This document shows positions 62,195-64,000 of a stretch of DNA of 64,000 nt, one piece after another. Source of the DNA: Actinomycetota bacterium (GTDB lineage Bacteria; Actinomycetota; Acidimicrobiia; Acidimicrobiales; Palsa-688). A program made the position numbers and the translations under genes. The notes beneath the pieces are model-generated. The model worked only from the letters and a program-made list of their open reading frames with translations, ran no database searches and was not told the DNA's origin. The stretch's first letter is position 1. Every line of letters begins with the position of its first letter. The stretch covers positions 10,618-74,617 of the forward strand of contig JAJPKN010000053.1 in NCBI GenBank assembly GCA_021323695.1. The letters are read 5' to 3'.

Positions 62195-63748
62195 TTGCGT
62201 ATCCGCTTTGTGGAACCCCGGCCAGCAGGGCACAACGTCTACGACCTCGCCTTGCTGCCCCGGCTGGGCCTGCCCCTCATGGGCCGGGTGCTGGCCGAAG
62301 CCGGCCACGATGTGCGCATTTACTGCGAAGTGCTCTCACCCGTGGACCTGGCCGACTGCTTGGCCGCAGACCTCGTGGGCATTTCGTCTACCACGGCTAC
62401 CGCGCCGGCTGCTTACCGCTTGGCCGACCTGCTGCGCAGCGCCGGGGTGAAGGTCGTCCTGGGCGGGCCCCACGTCACCTTCCGGGCGGACGAGGCGCTA
62501 GGCCATGCGCCTTACGTGGCCCGGGGCGAGGGCCAGGCCACCATCGCCGAGCTGGTCGACTGCATAGAACGCGACGAGGCGCCGGCCGCGGTGGCCGGGC
62601 TGTCGTTCCTGGACGACGAGGGCCAGCCCCATCACAACCCGGGCCGGCCGCGGGCCACCCAGGAGGAGTTCGAGGCCCTGCCCGCGCCCGACCTCAACTT
62701 GATCGAAGGTTCGTCCCGGATGGTGACCAAGCCCCTCATGACCCAGTGGGGCTGCCCGTTCGACTGTGAGTTCTGCTCCGTCACGGCTTTGTTCTCCCGT
62801 TCGGTCCGCTACCGCCGCACCGACCAGGTCTTGGCCGAGCTGGCGGGCCTCGACGCCAAACGTGTCTTTTTCCATGACGACAATTTCGTCGTGAGCAAGC
62901 GCCGGGCGCGCGAGCTGCTCCAGGCTATGACCGCCCGAGGCCTCACCCCGGAGTGGTTCGCCCAGGTGCGGGCGTCGACCGCGTTGTTGGCGCCCAACCG
63001 GCTGGAGGTGGACCACGACTTCTTGGGCCTGATGAAACGCTCGGGGTGCCGGATGGTGATGATCGGCGTGGAGACGATCACCGATGAAGGCTTGGCCCAG
63101 ATAGGCAAACGCCAGACCGTGGCGGCAGTGGAGCAGGCCGTGCGCGGCTTCCACGACCACGGCATCGCCGTGCACGGCATGTTCGTGGCCGGCCTGGACA
63201 CCGACACGGCTGCCAGCGCCCCGGCCACAGCTGCCTTCGCCCGGCGCCTGGAGATCGACACTTTCCAGCTCATGGTGGAGACCCCGTTGCCGGGGACCAA
63301 GCTGTGGGACCGGGTCGCGGCCGAGGGGCGCTTGTTGTCCGACGACTGGTCACTTTTCGACGGCCACCACGTTGTCATGCAGCCAGCCCTCATGACCCCC
63401 TTGGAGCTCCAGCTGGGCGTCCTCGAGGCCATGCGCCGCTTTTATTCCTGGCCGCGGATCATCACCTCGGGGCTGACCGGTGCTTTGCGCCACCTTCCTG
63501 ACCTGGTGGCTGCCTGCCGGCCCAGTCTCGTGCGCGAGGCCCCGTCGCTCGTGCGGGCGGCCTGGGCGCGGCGCTGGCGCGACACCCTACCGGTCCTGCA
63601 GTCGGCGCTGCCCCCGCGGCTTTGGCAGCGCCTGGGCACGGAGCTGTGGCTGCCGGCGTTGCGCTTTTATGCCCGGGGCCAGGTGGGTGCGTGGGCTAGG
63701 CAGGAGCACTCCCGGGGGCACCTGGAGTTCCTCACCTCGTTACCCTGA
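62195..63748 (+). CDS. B12-binding domain-containing radical SAM protein
   Basis: TTG at 62195 lies 6 nt after an AAGGAGG Shine-Dalgarno. N-terminal B12-binding-like LVGISSTTATAPAAY...VVLGGPHVT. Radical SAM CPFDCEFC. Confidence 0.85.
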   Translation: MRIRFVEPRPAGHNVYDLALLPRLGLPLMGRVLAEAGHDVRIYCEVLSPVDLADCLAADLVGISSTTATAPAAYRLADLLRSAGVKVVLGGPHVTFRADEALGHAPYVARGEGQATIAELVDCIERDEAPAAVAGLSFLDDEGQPHHNPGRPRATQEEFEALPAPDLNLIEGSSRMVTKPLMTQWGCPFDCEFCSVTALFSRSVRYRRTDQVLAELAGLDAKRVFFHDDNFVVSKRRARELLQAMTARGLTPEWFAQVRASTALLAPNRLEVDHDFLGLMKRSGCRMVMIGVETITDEGLAQIGKRQTVAAVEQAVRGFHDHGIAVHGMFVAGLDTDTAASAPATAAFARRLEIDTFQLMVETPLPGTKLWDRVAAEGRLLSDDWSLFDGHHVVMQPALMTPLELQLGVLEAMRRFYSWPRIITSGLTGALRHLPDLVAACRPSLVREAPSLVRAAWARRWRDTLPVLQSALPPRLWQRLGTELWLPALRFYARGQVGAWARQEHSRGHLEFLTSLP

Positions 63749-63771
63749 CCTGAGCCCTCCCGGCTGTGGCT

Positions 63772-64000
63772 TTACCACAGCGTGTAGCCGCCGTCAGCGA
63801 CCAGCACCTCACCGGTGACGAAGCTCGAGGCGTCGGAAGCAAGGAAGCACACGGCCGCCGCGACCTCCTCGGGCACCCCCATCCTCCCCATGGGGGTACT
63901 GGGCAGCCAGTACTCTTGGGCGGCGTTGGTACCGAGGAAAGCCTCGGTAATGCTCGTGCGGATGTAACCAGGCGCAACTGCGTTGACCCGCACCCCTCGG
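63772..64000 (-). CDS. SDR family oxidoreductase (C-terminal part; the 5' end lies beyond the window end)
   Basis: VNAVAPGYIRT...MGRMGVPEEVAAAVCFLASDASSFVTGEVLVADGGYTLW. The reading frame stays open to the window edge. Confidence 0.8.
   Translation of the reverse strand, partial: RGVRVNAVAPGYIRTSITEAFLGTNAAQEYWLPSTPMGRMGVPEEVAAAVCFLASDASSFVTGEVLVADGGYTLW

Overview
High-GC, almost fully coding chromosomal window. Gene content points to Actinobacteria: mycothiol mshA, rex, an RsiG-like protein, clpS-DUF2017, and a small HTH gene next to proC. Most of it is respiratory or redox housekeeping. On the minus strand lies a complete nuoA-N operon (1-15188; nuoN is cut by the window edge). A geranylgeranyl reductase follows on the plus strand. 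Next on the minus strand come a DUF62 gene, rex, a sirC-like gene, hemA, hemC, cobA/hemD, hemB, hemL and a DUF929-like gene. Then come proC with a small excisionase-type HTH gene, mshA, an RsiG-like c-di-GMP anti-sigma candidate and moaD. A histidine phosphatase gene is translationally coupled to an atypical carboxyltransferase. A roughly 9-kb sugar or amino-sugar catabolic cluster (32.5-41.5 kb) holds a ribose-type ABC transporter, an M20 hydrolase, a ROK kinase, a YhfX-like PLP protein, a ROK regulator and a divergent 2xSIS protein. It ends next to tRNA-Lys(UUU). Further on are a rhomboid protease, a second histidine phosphatase, an ABC-2 exporter pair, serS, divergent ctaB/ctaA, then clpS, DUF2017 and an unusual S51-like protein with a CysRS-like C-terminus, followed by tRNA-Glu(UUC). 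After the tRNA sits a small islet (VapBC plus an orphan C5 DNA methyltransferase). Next is a 912-aa membrane-anchored three-module NirK, divergent from cydABDC. The window ends with a B12-binding radical SAM gene and a truncated SDR. No rRNA, CRISPR array, transposase or integrase was seen. The items most worth a second look are:
- the S51/CysRS-C fusion beside clpS and tRNA-Glu
- the membrane-fused NirK
- the RsiG-like protein with both c-di-GMP motifs
- the 330-nt structured leader with a Pro/His-rich uORF upstream of proC
- a Cys-to-Ser change in a NuoI Fe-S motif
- a perfect 17-bp tandem repeat
- the 306-nt convergent overlap of the methyltransferase ORF with vapC
Start codons are often ambiguous because of the high GC content and frequent GTG/TTG starts. 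All family assignments come from reading motifs by eye; no searches were run.
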